Origin: Ancylonema sp.
Taxonomy: Eukaryota
Assembly (NCBI GenBank): GCA_050230475.1
Contig: JBFLGF010000052.1
Span: 1 to 64,000, forward strand
DNA length: 64,000 nt
Direction: 5' to 3'
The notes beneath the pieces are model-generated. The model had not been told where the DNA came from. It searched no databases and was given only the letters and a program-made list of their open reading frames with translations. Shown piece by piece: positions 11,464-25,907 of the stretch (positions are counted from its first letter, which is position 1; each line of letters begins with the position of its first letter). Both the position numbers and the translations under genes were made by a program.

Positions 11464-13796
11464 CTACACAGCGACTATGGCAAACCCCACATATCCAATG
11501 TGAAACCGCCGGGTGTACTCGATGCTAACTACGGTCCTCCATGAAGGTGTGCCCTGAGGTCCTCGAGGTTTATACGCATGCAATGTACGTAAGGGATGGA
11601 TCCCATATGCCCTCTCTTTAGCCGATCTCAATCCTATAACGTACAACTCTCCCTCAAAACCTGCGATCCCATGAATCGTGTATAAAAATTCACTTGAAAG
11701 AGGCGGCATTTCTACAGCATCCCACGACCTACTACATCCATTATATACACAAAGGGATGACCTATCTCTAGAGACGGCATATAAACACTCATTCAACACG
11801 GTAGGGCTATGAAGAGGCACTTCTCTTTGAAGAGCCCCCACCCCCCCTTCTTGCCGGGGACAAAGAACCATGGAAGTTTCTAGTGTTAAATCCGGAAGTA
11901 TTTCCTCCACTAGACGATCCACTGGCACCCCACGCCCGAACTCCCATGCCTCGCCCCCATTGCTCGCGCCTTCACAAATCTCCATAACGCAGAAACGACC
12001 ACCCATCACAGCCCCAAGACATGGTCCCTTCTTGGGGGAGAGGGAGGTTAACACCCGCCAGCTATTGTCCCGACAAGAGTACACCTCAGCATCGGAGAGG
12101 AAACCCTGCATGTTCGTGACACGCAAGAAAGTGAGTGAACTAAATACAACTAAGGCTCTAGGAGACATGCGGTCAAGAGGACCATAGTTGTACAACATGA
12201 AACCAAAACCAAAACCCAAACCCCAACCCTTGGACACGGGGGAGTGTCGGACATGTGGGCACGGGAAAACTCATGGAGAGAGCACATTCTACGGACATGA
12301 CAAAGTTTGTAACTGAAGTCAACACTACCTAGTACAATGTGCTCTCTATAAGCACACAAGGTGAAATGCATGTCTGTGTAAGAACACACATATATGAATA
12401 ACGAACACCACACACATATATAAATAACGAACGCCACCCGGGTGAGATATAGTATGAAACCATAGTACGGACTTGTAAGGCCATAGTACTGACATGGCAC
12501 CAGCAGGGGTAGGACATTGTACGGACATTGTACGGACATGGGCCAATAATGACAGTGGGACGTGATCCCTTTCCATTTCACACTCATCGAGTCTCCTTGT
12601 CAATAGAACATCAAAGCACAATATCTGTGGGTATGCAGCAGAGCCCTCTGTGAGCCCAGCCCTCTATGAGCCTAGGTGTCTCCCTTACCTCATCCAAATT
12701 GTGTCCGCCTGCCACATACACTCTATCTCCAATCACTCCGTAGGCAAAGTTTCTCCTGGCCACCCTCATTGGAGCCGCCACCTGCCAGCAGTTGGTGAGC
12801 ATGTCGAAGAGGAGCACTTCCTTCCGCACCACCATCTTCAACTCGCTCGTCTCAATATGGAGACCACCAATGACGAGGAGCTGCAGCGTACAGACTGGAC
12901 GACTATGAGTGGACACGACTGCGGCCATGTGGTACTACACTGAACCCTGACTGAATGGAAGACGCATTCGCAGAAATAAGACATACATCTGTATGCGTTG
13001 TTTCGGCTTGTTCTGCCCAAGCCTTTCCTTTTTTCTTTTCCCGAATTTACCCCCCATGCATCGAGGCTATCTCCTACCATGTGAGTGGGCCACGTGGGGA
13101 ATTCAGTGCGGCGTGTACCTTATGCCCCACCACTATACACGCGCAGTCAATGAGCAGGTCGCTGTCGAGGATTCCTGGTATGGGCGGCAAGATGTGCCAG
13201 GTGGACGACTGAGGATCAAAGGCTTTGAGCATTGGAAATAGCGTGAGCACGTAAAACCATTCTTGCTGAAGATCCTCCGTCTTCCGAGTCTGATAAAACT
13301 CCTCGGAATCGACCAGGTGACGCCAAGACTTGCATACGGAGCGGATGTGCGGGTGCTTAGAGCGGGGGATGCGGGCGAGGCACTGCCAGGAGGAAGCGCA
13401 GAGGGCAGCAGTACGTCACGGCTAGCGAAACCATCGCATTACGGGACTGGCGAAGCCTCGAACATTCTCCCAACTCCCCACACGTCCTCCTAGAAGGAAA
13501 TACGACCTCCTTTTCTCGTTCTCCGACTACAGAATCTCGAATCTCCCCAGTCTCGACATGACATAAACCATGACCTGTCTGGCGTTTATTGACGTAACTA
13601 TGGCCTGCCAATCTGAAGAGCGCCTGAAATACCAATTGACAAACAGACAAACCAGTGCAGTAGGGAAGCTTCCGCGGCGACCCTAGATTATATATAACGC
13701 GAAGTGCGTGAGTCGAAAGACACGTACCAGTAAGCCAAGGTCATCTGGAAGTCCTGGAATGAGCTGCTCGTTGCTGATATCCTCAACCCTTTCCAT
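11464..13796 (-). CDS. F-box/Kelch-repeat protein, 4 exons
   Basis: Exons 13796-13728, 13382-13119, 12880-12689, 12105-11464 (GT-AG, all phase 0). F-box LIPGLPDDLGLL|CLARIP..VCKSWR, then Kelch blades (LLVIGG..W, VYVAGG..AEVY..W). The start codon is uncertain because the frame is open upstream. Confidence 0.88.
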
Positions 13797-14976
13797 GAGT
13801 GGAGGGTCTTGCAACTGGCTCTCGTCTCCACACCCACAGCCGCACGGCCACCTAGATAGCGGGAGGCGCAGAAACCGCAACATTAGTTGCCCTGTAGTCT
13901 TAGGTTTCCGTCTTTTATTTTTACAGAGATTGAGACGTGTTCGAACCTCCCACGAGCCAGTCCATGTGTGCGGGTCCATACCGAAACGCCAGATTAACAT
14001 GACTAACTCGATGAACATTGTGGGCACTTGCCGTGTCTTTCGACGAGACGAGCAATGAATCAGCGTCAGAAGGTGCCAGAAATTTAGCGCAGGGAAAACG
14101 AGGGACACACGTATGCAGAAGCAGGGCGCTGGCGACGTTAGACGAGGAACTTTTTTCCCTCCAGGTGGAGCAGAATCGGGTTATGACATCACTCAAATCT
14201 CGTACACATGAACGAAGAACGTCCGTTGCGGCGATTTCCTGCGGCGGTATAATCATTGATTCTTGACGCGTGTTGAAATGTGGGGCACAACCGATTGTCA
14301 GGTGACAAAGCCGTAGAGAAACGGTGTATCTAACGAAAACGATGCTATATGACGTGGATGCCCATCGCGATGCCTGGATAAGTAAGGATGCCTGCCACCT
14401 ATTATGATAAGCAAATCCTGTATCAACAGGTGTATGCCTTGAATTGTAGCAGCATGGAACCCGACAAAATAGCCGACGGCTGTAACGGTGAGGGACACAG
14501 AGGCTGCCACGTCGTTTACACATAAATCTCAGGTAGAACTCGGTGCGCAGTCGACCGTCACCTGCGCCATCGGCGCTTGGAGGATTTCCGGCAAGTCGGG
14601 TACATCGAAAAGATGGAATAAAGAAGCGTGCACGCTCATGGGCCACGTCCGCCTGGAAGTTGCGAACGCGACCGGAAGTCGTCCAAAAGTCCGGGACGTC
14701 CGCGTCCGTGCAGCGTCCGGGCACTACCCCTTGTTGGGCTTGTTCTGGCACATCAAATCGTACCAGTACCACGTTGGAAACGCCATTAACTGTTTCTGGT
14801 GGGACTTTGTATGTTGGCCTATCGATGTGAATGGTAGAAAAACCTCAATACCGTATAAATCATGTCAATACCATTTGCTGCGGACTTCACCATGATGAGA
14901 TTCTGTTGAAGTGTCTCCACACATGCATATCAATTCGGGGTCTTCATGCTGAACCTCAAATAACTAATCACTCTCG

Positions 14977-16634
14977 ATGGCCCAGGTCTCCGGCAGCGAT
15001 AAGATTTTGAGTTACGAGGATGTGCTGCTTCGTGCCTCGGACGTGGCACTACTTTCCGACCAAGAATGGTTAAACGACACATTAATTGAGTTCTACGTGG
15101 AATATTTGTCGAAGGTTGTTTTACGGGAACACCCCCGAATCGCTCTCATCGGTCCATCGGTTGCATACTGTCTCGTGCACTGTCAGACGGATGATGAACG
15201 GAGCGTAATTCTAAACCCGCTTGATTTACCAGAAAAAGAGGTGGGTGGAGCAGAGTGGTGTCGCTAGTGAATGGTGTGCCACATAGCTGGGAGGCCATAG
15301 TTTTCGTCTTCAACCATATATTTTGTATCTTCGTGGTCCTTGTTCACTCCCTGTATCTTCGTGGACTGAGTTCACTCCCTGCAAATTCGTCTGAAGATTG
15401 CGACTAAATAACTCCGGGTCTGTGCTTGTGGTGATTAGTTATAAAGTGCGACAGAGGGCATCTCCCCTATTTCACAGGTAATCCTCTTTGTTATTAATGA
15501 CAATGAGGACATAAGCCGTGCGGGTGGAGGATCCCACTGGAGCACACTTCTCTTCACCAGGTTAGTAACTATCCCCCCCGTTGAAGCTGGCCATCAATCA
15601 GACAGTCGATGGATCATCAACGTCTTGGAGGACAAGGGATGCGTAACTACACACGAGGCTCACAACTTTTCACTTATTCCTTCTCACTTGTCATTTATGT
15701 AATGATCATGTTATAATTATGTCTTAGTTATGTATTAATTCTAGCTTCTTGTTAAGTACCCCCAGCTGAGCAGTATCTTTTTACATATGGTTGTCGGGAT
15801 CGGGATGGGAACACCACCTTCTGAAAAAATATATTTTGTGTGTATCTCCCCTTCTCTTCCTTTTCAAGAGCCCACCGTCAGTTCTTACATTTGGACAGCA
15901 GCAATGACTACAATGTGGGTGCTGCTATCAGCATGAAGGAAGCAATAAAAAACATCTTGGGTAGGGCACCTTCCTAACCAACCTAACTTCATTCAAACTA
16001 TGGGCACGGTGAAAGAAAGAACCCTCCTGCTGCCGCAACCCGCTTGGCCTCCCTGAAGCAGCTCAACTCTGGTGTTCAGTCAGGGCACCTTCAGCTGCTG
16101 AATGATTGGAGGCCGATGTTCTCAGAGATGTATCATGAGGACAATATTATGAGGACGGGGCACCATTGTTCCACGTCAACTCATGGTGTATCGTTGGATA
16201 GTTGCAAAACGCTTGAGAATCAAGCCTCCTGGTTGAGGGTTGGTCGTGCATTCAAATTATTTGTGAGGGGACACCAACGGTGGTGATTTTTTGCGCTTCC
16301 CACTCCTTTGCTGCCCTCAGGAAGCCACACTTCTAGGTGGCCGTTGCGCACGTTTTTTTGTCCGCAACAGACAAATGGCTACGACTGTGGGTTGTACGTG
16401 CTCGCAATCTTCGACACAGTGTGCAGTGTCGTAGTGGACAAGAGGAGGCTCCGGCATTGTGATAAAAGAAATGTCGAAGGGGAGAACAGGGAAGGCAAGA
16501 TGGGGGAGTTGGATCTAAACGAGTTGAGGGAGAAGCTTTCCAAAGTAGTCACTCCCGACTTTGTGCGATTCTTCCGCCAGCATATGAAGAAACTCATATA
16601 TGAACTAGCAGAGGAACAACATGGGAACCGCTGA
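14977..16634 (+). CDS. NEDP1: NEDD8-specific protease 1 (SENP8/DEN1, C48 peptidase), 4 exons
   Basis: Exons 14977-15240, 15478-15560, 15869-15960, 16321-16634. Motifs LSYEDVLLRASD, WLNDTLIEFY, GGGSHWS (His), HLDS (Asp), QQTNGYDCG (Gln/Cys). Confidence 0.92.
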
Positions 16635-19632
16635 GACGGCACTTGCCTTGTGTCATCCACCGTGGAAAGTAATTTCAGCGCGAAGTACCGACTTGGATGG
16701 TGGGTTGATATGAAAAAAATGCAATCCTATCTCGGGGTAAGCATGTTATGTGGAGATGTATAGGTGTGTAGCTGCCTTCATTTTGGTGCGATCTGGTGGA
16801 TCAGTATCGTGGCATACTGTATGTAAAGCGGATTTGCACACATTCGTTGTTACAACAGCTTGGCGTACCTAGACGAAATACGAATACTTGAACACGATAT
16901 ATACCACAATAGTCATACGATGTGATGAAGTCCGGATATAGTAGTTTCATGAATGTTTGTGTAGAGAGGGTAGGTAGTGGTTTCTATGCACATGCCATGG
17001 CAAAGAAAATAACTCATGTGGTATAATATGAGTCCGGAACTTGATGGAATTCTCATTTGTTCACTAATGGAATGTGGACCTTCCGTTTCTACGAAAGATT
17101 GTGAATGTCCTTCCAATATGACGCTTACACATGGTCTCCCCATACTCATCAACAATCAATATGAGTAGCATATTTGTGGTACTTAAATCCGATTTTCGCA
17201 ACGAGATAGTACTACGGTGGTGTTTTTATCAATCAACACAATTTTATAAACTTCTCAATTCATTATCATGCGCACCCTGCTTAACTACGACAACTATATT
17301 ATGACTCATTGCATTTTTAGCTAGTTCTTAAGAGTCCCATTTACACCAACGATACATACACATGTTTCGGGATTCTATTATTAATATTGAGGTGTTCCTA
17401 AAGTAAATCTAAGAGGTGAACAAATGGTGTAGAGTGAAAAAAAAAGGCTCGATACCCTTACACGAGTGGCTATACCACGATGTGTTTCTCGCGTTGATGC
17501 GAGAAACACATCGTGGTAATGAGCCGGAAATTTTGTATATTATTGATAAATTGACCACTTTGACCTATACTAAGTTGAACATATGTGGATTTCCTACAAC
17601 ATTTGAATTCAGATATCCCGTATCGAGATATCCCATATAATAAATAAAAGACGATGTTGCAAAATATGTTGATTCCAATCGAAGCTTGGCTTATTGTGTT
17701 TGGGTATGCAAATTGGTCCACTTTCAAAACGTACATATCTTAAGGCAACACTTCTAGCACATATGCTTCATATCATACCGGGCTAATTGTCACATCGAAA
17801 TTTATCGAGGGACATTGGTGCACCGAATGTGTGCACAAGTGTGAAGAACGTATCGAGAGAGTTTGATGCGACCTAGTTACTTCACTCCGTCTCTCTACCA
17901 CCTGGTGACTTCACATCGACTCGCATTACAACCTCGCGAACGTTCTTAATAAAAGTCCAATAAGCCTCCGACACTTTCATAATTATTGTTCTCGCAAGGT
18001 ATGCCGCGTTTGGAAGATTCCCTTCTTCGATTCCGTCGCATAAGACTATTTCAATCTCATATCTCACACGGGTGTTGGGAGGAAATGTTGGTCTTCAACC
18101 AAATATTGTCTCGGTTTGATAAACAGCCAAGGCGAGGATCCTTCATGTTCCGCGGGGTATAAGTCGCAAATTATTTTCCCGCCAATACTTCAAACTGTAT
18201 CGGGAGTACAAAAAAACTCTCAGATTGGACCCCATACTCTTCACCTATGATCTCGCATGTACGCATTCGAACACTTGAGTCCACACATCTCATACCGTGG
18301 TACAAATGGGGGGTGACAGGTAATAAAATTCCAAACAAGAATACATCAAATAGAGATTCTCATTCCCGATCTCGAGTTCCCAAACCTCGGATTTCTAAAT
18401 CCACCTATTCTATCCACTATTGTGTCCTTCATCCTTCCGTTTTCGCGTACAAAGTTAACAAACACAAGGAGATGATCCGATGACACAGTAATAAGCATAA
18501 ACGCGTGCCATCAACATACTCGATTCTTTAATTAGTAGTATACAATATATTGACGAGACTGTCCAAACCGAGTATCTCAACATAACAACTTGTATGTTCT
18601 CTTGACATATCTTTCTTTTCGGTGGTGGAGTTGTTTACATGTACGGAGTCAACAAACTCTGAAAGCAAGTTTATACCTCACAATATGATGCTAACATTTA
18701 TTTTGTCCTTGTCTTTTGTTCAATTGGTTTGACACCCCTTTCATACGAAGCTCGATCCACGACCTCCGAAATAACGTTCTCAACATGCATCACACATACA
18801 AATCGTAACAAAACCTACGTAGTCACTCGAGAATATCATTATGCTTAAGAATATGATTGTATGGAGACGTGCGATATTGTAGCGAAATACAATAGAAGGC
18901 CATTTCAATTGAGCTTAGTGAGCCCTTATCGGGTCATGTGATGTCTTTCTTGCGTCGGAATGCCATAGTGTGTAGGCTATCGTTAAAATTTCTCCCAGAG
19001 TTGCTATGGGAGACTTTGGGAATGCGTGTTGCCGTCAAAGTAGCCCCCGGACCTTGACATCGTCTTAAATACCTTGGCTTCAATCTTATGTGCACCTCCA
19101 TTTTTATGGCGTTGGAGGTAGTAGGTAATAAAATCAGAGTGGACTTGGTAATTCAATGAACACATGTACAAAATGCGATTTTATAGCAGTGACCCCTCTA
19201 ATCTTGTTTGCCAAATGAGGGCCAACAAATGAAGCATGCTCTATTGGCCATGGCCCTAACACCATGGCTTAAATATTATAAAATCGCTTTGTTATGCATC
19301 ATATGGTTGCATCTCACCTTCTGCTCATTCTCGTAGAAGGTGGAAGATGTGCGTAACAAGTGGACTCCATCAAAGAAACCCATAAAATCACATACGGTTC
19401 AATCATGCTCCAACACAAACGAGAAAAAAAAAAACATTGCAAATTGACAGATTCAAGACTCTCGCTTTTGGGCTTATGTTGGAGTGGGCAATCAAACCCT
19501 TGATAAAAAACAGAACCACCTTGCAAATCTTGGACATATTAAAATAACACCAATAAAATGAAGTCAATTAAAAGGTGAAGGTTTATATCCAAATTTAAAT
19601 GATTTACAAGCCGCGTATTCTATTTTTCCCGC

Positions 19633-21229
19633 TCAAATGTTTTCAAGAGCATGAGTATTTCGCCCTCCAACATAACGTAGAAGTGCTTGTTGTCGCACAC
19701 TCTCCAAATTATTACAAATCTCGGATCCTAGGCGTTGCTCAACTAGGGCCACCGGGAGCCAACGTTGAGGTGTCACTTCCACCACGTAAGACAAAATTGA
19801 TTGGGCTTCCAACACGGAATCATCCTGTAGTCATGGACCAAGTTCCATGCTGAGTACTATGCCTTTAGAGAGGTCAAAATCTGATCAAATCGCAAGGCCT
19901 TCGAAAGGTTATTCTGATGTGCGACGAATTGGCAATACGGGCCCCAAGCATTTTAAAATGAGCCTAATGTGCATTGACACAACCACTATCTTTCGCCCCC
20001 TCAAAATCGTGCGATGTTCAAATACTTTTTTGACTATGACATCCATGGGCATGCTATGATGTGGAATGGAAATTAAAAAACAAAAAGAAAACGAGAAAAA
20101 AGCGGGAGTGTTTCACGCCATTGCATGACTTCCTTTGAAGATATGAATCAACAATAAAAGTGTGCTCATTTAGTCACATGCAGCCCAAATGAACGGTCCC
20201 ACTCCGCATTGCCCCTCCTTCCACCTCACACGCACAAGAAAGTCTCCTACTTTGGAATCCTGAAATCGATGCCCACCTCTGCAATGCTCCAAGTCCCTTT
20301 GAAAAGCTTGAAGTCTCCCTCAACTTGAGTGAAGTTAATGGCCCGTTGTATTCTTCCGGACCTTGTCGGTCTTTCCTCCTGTTCCTCCACTTCCACCACC
20401 GCTCGGGCCGAGAATTTGAAGCCAAGGGCCAAATCTTGCTGACCAACCTGAGGGAGGAACAGGGCTGGGACATGTAAGCAAACGAGAACTTGACCTTTGA
20501 ACTCTCGCTGAAGCAAATAGGCAAAAACCTAAATGAAAGGGATTTCAAATCAGTAGCGTAGACATTCTTCTCTGGTATGTGCCTCAAACCAGTCAGCCAG
20601 TCAGCTAGGTAAACCTGGGGCAAAACCACTGCTAGCAGCTGTAAAAGACTATCCAGAGCAGTCTACCTGCAGCTGGCTGAATAAGAAACTGTTCGAAAGG
20701 ATGCCAACAAAATAATACGAACATGAAAAACTGTGCTCACCTGCAAGAGGCGGGCGCCATTCGGGCGGCGTTCAATCACTTCATTCACAGCCAGGCTCGG
20801 AATGAAGTCTCCCAAATGCTTGTAGTCCGTGAGCACTTCCCAGATGGTTTTCAGAGGGGTTTTCACCCGAATCTTGGCACGTACCCGGCGGGTGTTTGGC
20901 CCCGTCGCTTCCACCTCCCACTCGTTCCCATCACCCTTTGCTGCATTTCCACTCGCCTCACGGTCGTTGGTAGGATGCACGGCATAACAAGCGACAGGGT
21001 GGAAAGCATATGGGCGGCCATCGTTTCTAGTGGACGAAGTCGCCGCATTGACAAAACGTGTCTTCTCGGTAGGATTGAGATGTAATCTGGTATTGGGATC
21101 TCGAATCCAGTAATTGAAATTTTGGAATACTACCGAAGGGTCGAGTGCAGGGTTGAGCGAAACGCACGAGCAACGGCCTCTGGCGACTGGCAGATTCGAC
21201 GCAGAAAACATGGTAACGACTGAGTCCAT
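19633..21229 (-). CDS. Polyketide cyclase/dehydrase (START/Coq10-like) protein with a probable organellar transit peptide, 3 exons
   Basis: Exons 21229-20741, 20447-20277, 19824-19633. Motifs RRVRAKI..IWEVLTDY.HLGDFIP, VGQQDLALG.KF, VEGDFKLFKGTW, LSYVVEV.P..WLPV. Confidence 0.88.
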
Positions 21230-24200
21230 TGAAACGGTGTGGTAGGTCTAATGTCGTACAATTGCCTGATCTGTAACCCCCCTCTTCTTCTAGCAATCCT
21301 GGTGGTCGACTTCGATCCCGGCTTTGGGAAAGCAATCTCTCTTCCACCCTACCCTCACGAATCCGGAAACTAGAGCACCATTATTGTTGTCGCCACGTAT
21401 AACATTTCATGTTTAGTTTGTTTCCCGACGAAGGACTGTTCCCTACAGGCCAGGCGTCCACGACACCTCGACTGTCAGCAGATGAGTTGGCAGCAGACCA
21501 GCGTCTACGTTGTGAGGGGCTCCGGACTCCGAGCTCAGCCACCAATAACGGAGAACTCAGCTCGGAGTATGGCCAAGATCCAAGCCCGGAGAACCAGAAT
21601 CCGAGCCCGGAGCCTAGCCTGGAGCCCGGGATCGGAGCCTAAATCCAAGGATTTTTTGAAAGAAAGGAAGGCAAAAACGACATGGGGAGAGAACTAACAT
21701 GGAGAACTTGATTGGGAAACTTATATGGCTGGACCACAAAGTTCATACGTTGGAAAAAATCGTTATGTACCATGTTGACAGTGTTATGTCTACGTGATCA
21801 ATTGCGGTAATTCATTGACATGAATTAGTGTAAACCATGTCTCAATTAACAATCTGTCTTTGATAATCTTTTTTATTTTTATGGGCGAGTGCAATTATCA
21901 ACAAACCTCCATAACGTGATAACAAACACTACTTCCGGGTCCCGCCGACGTGCAAACTAATTTATAAGGAATATTGATATTTACGTATCTATACACATAT
22001 ATTATATTTGTACAGATTAGGGGTACAAATTGTGGGGGAGGGGGGTTATTTGAATAAATTTGAAAAAAGAACAAACAGAAGGAAAAAAACTAGATTTTTT
22101 TTTAGAAAAACCGTAGTCCTTTACCGTAAAATTATGGACTTCGCCAAAACGCACTAGAAGGCTAATGGTATCGAAGGCGCACGTGTCTAGTGCCCAATCA
22201 CTATGTGGAAATACACGTCTTGGTTGATTCCGACCTGGATATCAACCTCTTGCCCCTCGCATTCACATGGAAACTGGTTTCGGTGCATTTGGAAGCGATC
22301 CTGTCGTAGCCGAAATCTTGTCTAAGCTAACAATTCTCTCCAGTCCCAACATTTTTAATGACGACAAATATCAATGTACATAGGTTTTACTCTTTTTATG
22401 GCCGATATTATGTAACCATTTGCAGTGCTTTTGGTGAAATGCTAACATTTTTTGTAAACATTGTTAGACGCATAAAATAATTTGCAAGAGATGTTCGACA
22501 ATAGTTGTCGGATCATTTTCTATATTTTGATATTTCACCGCTTCATGGATTACCCTCTTAGTTGTGCAAGACGTTAACAAAAAACATTTCGTTGGCTATT
22601 GTCATATGCATAATGTGTGTGTAGGCATAAAATATCATATTTACATCAGAATATTCAACCCTTAGAAATGCGCACATTTTATTAATTCCTATAACGTATT
22701 CACATCGTTTCGCAATCATATTTATTACATGCTGCCATTAGTGTCGACTTTATATTTTTTTGGTTCCTAATTTCTATTTTTTCCTATTATTATTTCTAAA
22801 AAAAACCCCATTGTTTTTATACCTATATCCAAATCACCTCCCTAACGACCGCACACTTCACAACCATCTGTAGTAAAATAAGAGTAAATAGAGAGATACT
22901 TGTTGTCCACGCTCGGAGTTGCAACAATTCTGGTGTTGTCAATGCCATTAGGGGGTAGGGTAGAGTGCACACTCAAGTTCCACAACTCATCCGAATCTCC
23001 ACTTCCTCCAGCTCCATCGCTTGTTATATGGCCAACATTTCCTTCGTTGAGGCTATTGATACTACAACCCTCGTGTCCTCCCGCGCCGGAAGAATGGATT
23101 CTCTAGCTTAGGAATCTGGCCGTATAATTGTCGTAGCGCTAGGAATTGAATAATACAACGGGTTTGCCCCCGTCGTAGCCGATAGGTTATCGGCTCGCCT
23201 CCTAAACCGGGGTACTGATTCATTTCATATGTAGGTTTGTATGTCGGCTTGTAACGCGGGACCGTGAGACGGATGACCCTCCGCTTACCGTGCTTCTCAA
23301 AGTTAATCAGGATTTGCTCCTAAAGTTAACATAGTGAGTTTGACGCTCGTGCCGGGGTGCGCCGGCTTTTGCAGTAGACACACAAGTAGCTCGTACCGCG
23401 TACTTTTTATGATAATATCGCGAAGCTTCTATAGTTCCTCACACGTGTAAATGCGTGTGTTGCATTGAATCGTAGAGTTGCGTAGCGTTGTGTGTTGGCT
23501 GGAAGATCCACAGAGCCCAATAGACCGTCCACATTTAGTGGTCCTCATTTTATTTCCCATTTTTAACGAAGTTTCCTTTGTCCGGGCTCCGCGCTGAATG
23601 GATCTGATCCGGTGATCCAAGCCCGAATATACAAGGTTCTAGTTGCGCTAACGAAACAAATGGTTGGATCCGGAGCCCATAGACCCCTTGGGCCCCGTGC
23701 TCAATGACCCCGGATCTTGTGGGCTCCGGACTCAATGGGCTCCGGGCTCCCTGCACAGTAGAGGAACATCGCCTACATGCGTGCAGGGTTGTGCTTACAG
23801 ACTGGACGAAGAGCTCATCCACACACCGCCGTGTCTCCAAGGCCTCAAAATACGGGGGCCGTGAGAAACAGTCGGGGGAACGGGGTCAAAATACGGGGTC
23901 TCATGGTTCCACCTGAAATCCCGTGCCAGGGGACAGGGCGGGGCCCAACGGGGGGGGCTGCATCGCAGGGAGAGGATTGGTTATAGGAGTGGGGAGCCTA
24001 GCGCTAGAATGGGCGGTCTGCCCACCGCATATAGGTAATCTACTGACTAATCGTTCCAATCTTTTTCCAACCGCCCAACTGTTGCCCCTGCCGCCGCTTA
24101 CCCGGACTCCGACCGTTTCACGGAATGTCCCCGACTTCACTGACTGCTTGGAAACATAAGAACACTACGACAAAGTGGAGGTATGGCCTACGGTCTATTT

Positions 24201-24816
24201 TTTGTCAAAGACCACGCAACCACATCTCACAACACGCAAGAGCAAGAGCTCCCTATTTGTACATCCGGTACGTTCAAAACCATATGACATCTTGTGACGA
24301 TTGATGCTTATGGCAATCATCTTGCGACTTCTTTCGTGTATATTTTTATTCTTTTCTTAGAAGCGAGCAAGCGAGGGTTACTCCCGGTTGAGAGCTCAAT
24401 TTCGAGGAATCACATTTTTTCCTCGTCTTCGTAATATGTGTTAGTACCATAACTAGCAAAGATTATAATTGTAATGTAACAATTCGATACAGTAATCCAC
24501 TAATATCCCGCCGCAAGACTGTTACTCTATCTAGGTTCGACTGTAGTTGGGTCCCCAACGCCCTTGCTCGGAACGGATCGGGGACAAGCTCTGGTTTTTT
24601 TGTTTTGTTTTTCGAGGGTTTTAAATATGTATGCGTTTTTTTTTTTTTTTTGCAATTCGGAAACGTTTCCAAAATAGTCAAAACGGTTCGCTCCCACCGA
24701 TACTAAAACGGTGACATTTGGCCTCAGTGCATCAAGAGTAGTCGAGTTTGAGTCAACTTTCTCGTGCCCTTTGCCCATAAGAAACTAGTTTTTCTAAGAA
24801 GAATCGGTGTGGACAC

Positions 24817-25653
24817 TAATGTTGGCCCCTACCCGTTTAGACTCGTGGTAGGGGCCGAACTAGGGGGTCGCCTACTCGTCGGGTAGGACGAGTCTAAACG
24901 AGGGTCTACGAACGGGTAAGGAATAGTTGCGTTCCGGACCGTCCCGGACGCGTCTTGGACCCGGACGCCACAACCAAAATCTGATATAATACAACCTGTC
25001 TAAACTCTCTAAATAAACACAAAATTCCGGGCCCAACACCGGAATGGTTAGGAGGCGTACCTCTATGAGTGAATAACCTGTCTAAAGGAATACTCTCCCT
25101 CCCCCCCGACATTATTCCTTCAGAGAACTTATACTTTATCCATATATTCGGAACCCCTTGATTTGTGTAACCTCAACATAAAAACTTTTATATTTTTGTT
25201 TTTGTTTCTCTTGGGTTCCGGACGGTCCGGGGATCACGAGGACCCCGGATGCGGGGTCCTCGTGTCCGGGACTTAACTATGGGGTAGGGGTTAGGGCCCC
25301 CATACCCCCTGCTAAGGTGTTGGTAGCAATTTCTGCTTACCTTCACCGGTGTGATATTAATCGCATCTTTTGCACGTGTGATCATGCACGTTCACAACTC
25401 GCACATGTGATGAAGTGCTTTTTTAAGACTAAAATAAACTTATAGTCCGTACCAAACATTTTCTACCCGCCTCCCTACCGTTCCCTACCCGCGATGGGAT
25501 GAAAAGCGGGTAGCCTACCTCCTCCCAGTTCTGCATACGTTCATTGCGTGCGGTCGACCTGCAGCAGGTATCCCGTTTTCAGCAACGCGGTAGGGATTGG
25601 TAGGCTTCCCCGCAGGAAAACGGGAAGGGGTTAAGGAGTAGGGGCCAACACTA
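24817..25653. mobile_element. hAT-like non-autonomous or composite element
   Basis: 16-bp TIR TAATGTTGGCCCCTAC / GTAGGGGCCAACACTA (1 mismatch) with CCTACC repeats. The TSD is not conserved and other repeats are nested inside. Confidence 0.6.
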
Positions 25654-25907
25654 GTGATTCGCTCTTTTGTTGAGTCCAAAAAAACATCAAGGGCACAAAT
25701 GCCTTGTCATCAACACTTGTGTCCCTCTTTACTTGCTCGTCACATAGCTAGATGACCAACAACCCATAACCATCAATCCAGTCACTACGGGAACAAATAT
25801 GGTGTAGTACACCGATTGGTTGCCATCAACCATAATCACAATAACATAATTCAAACATGTTTTCAAGAACCCACAAGAGCTTACTCAAATACAACCCCTG
25901 CGCAACG

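Noticed and set aside
13921..14772. 283-aa minus-strand ORF
   Set aside because: Non-ATG start, no recognisable domain, and it lies in the promoter/5' region between two divergent genes.
21505..23760. Possible hAT element bounded by GAGCCCGG repeats
   Set aside because: Similar repeats occur at both ends, but I could not define a convincing TIR or TSD.
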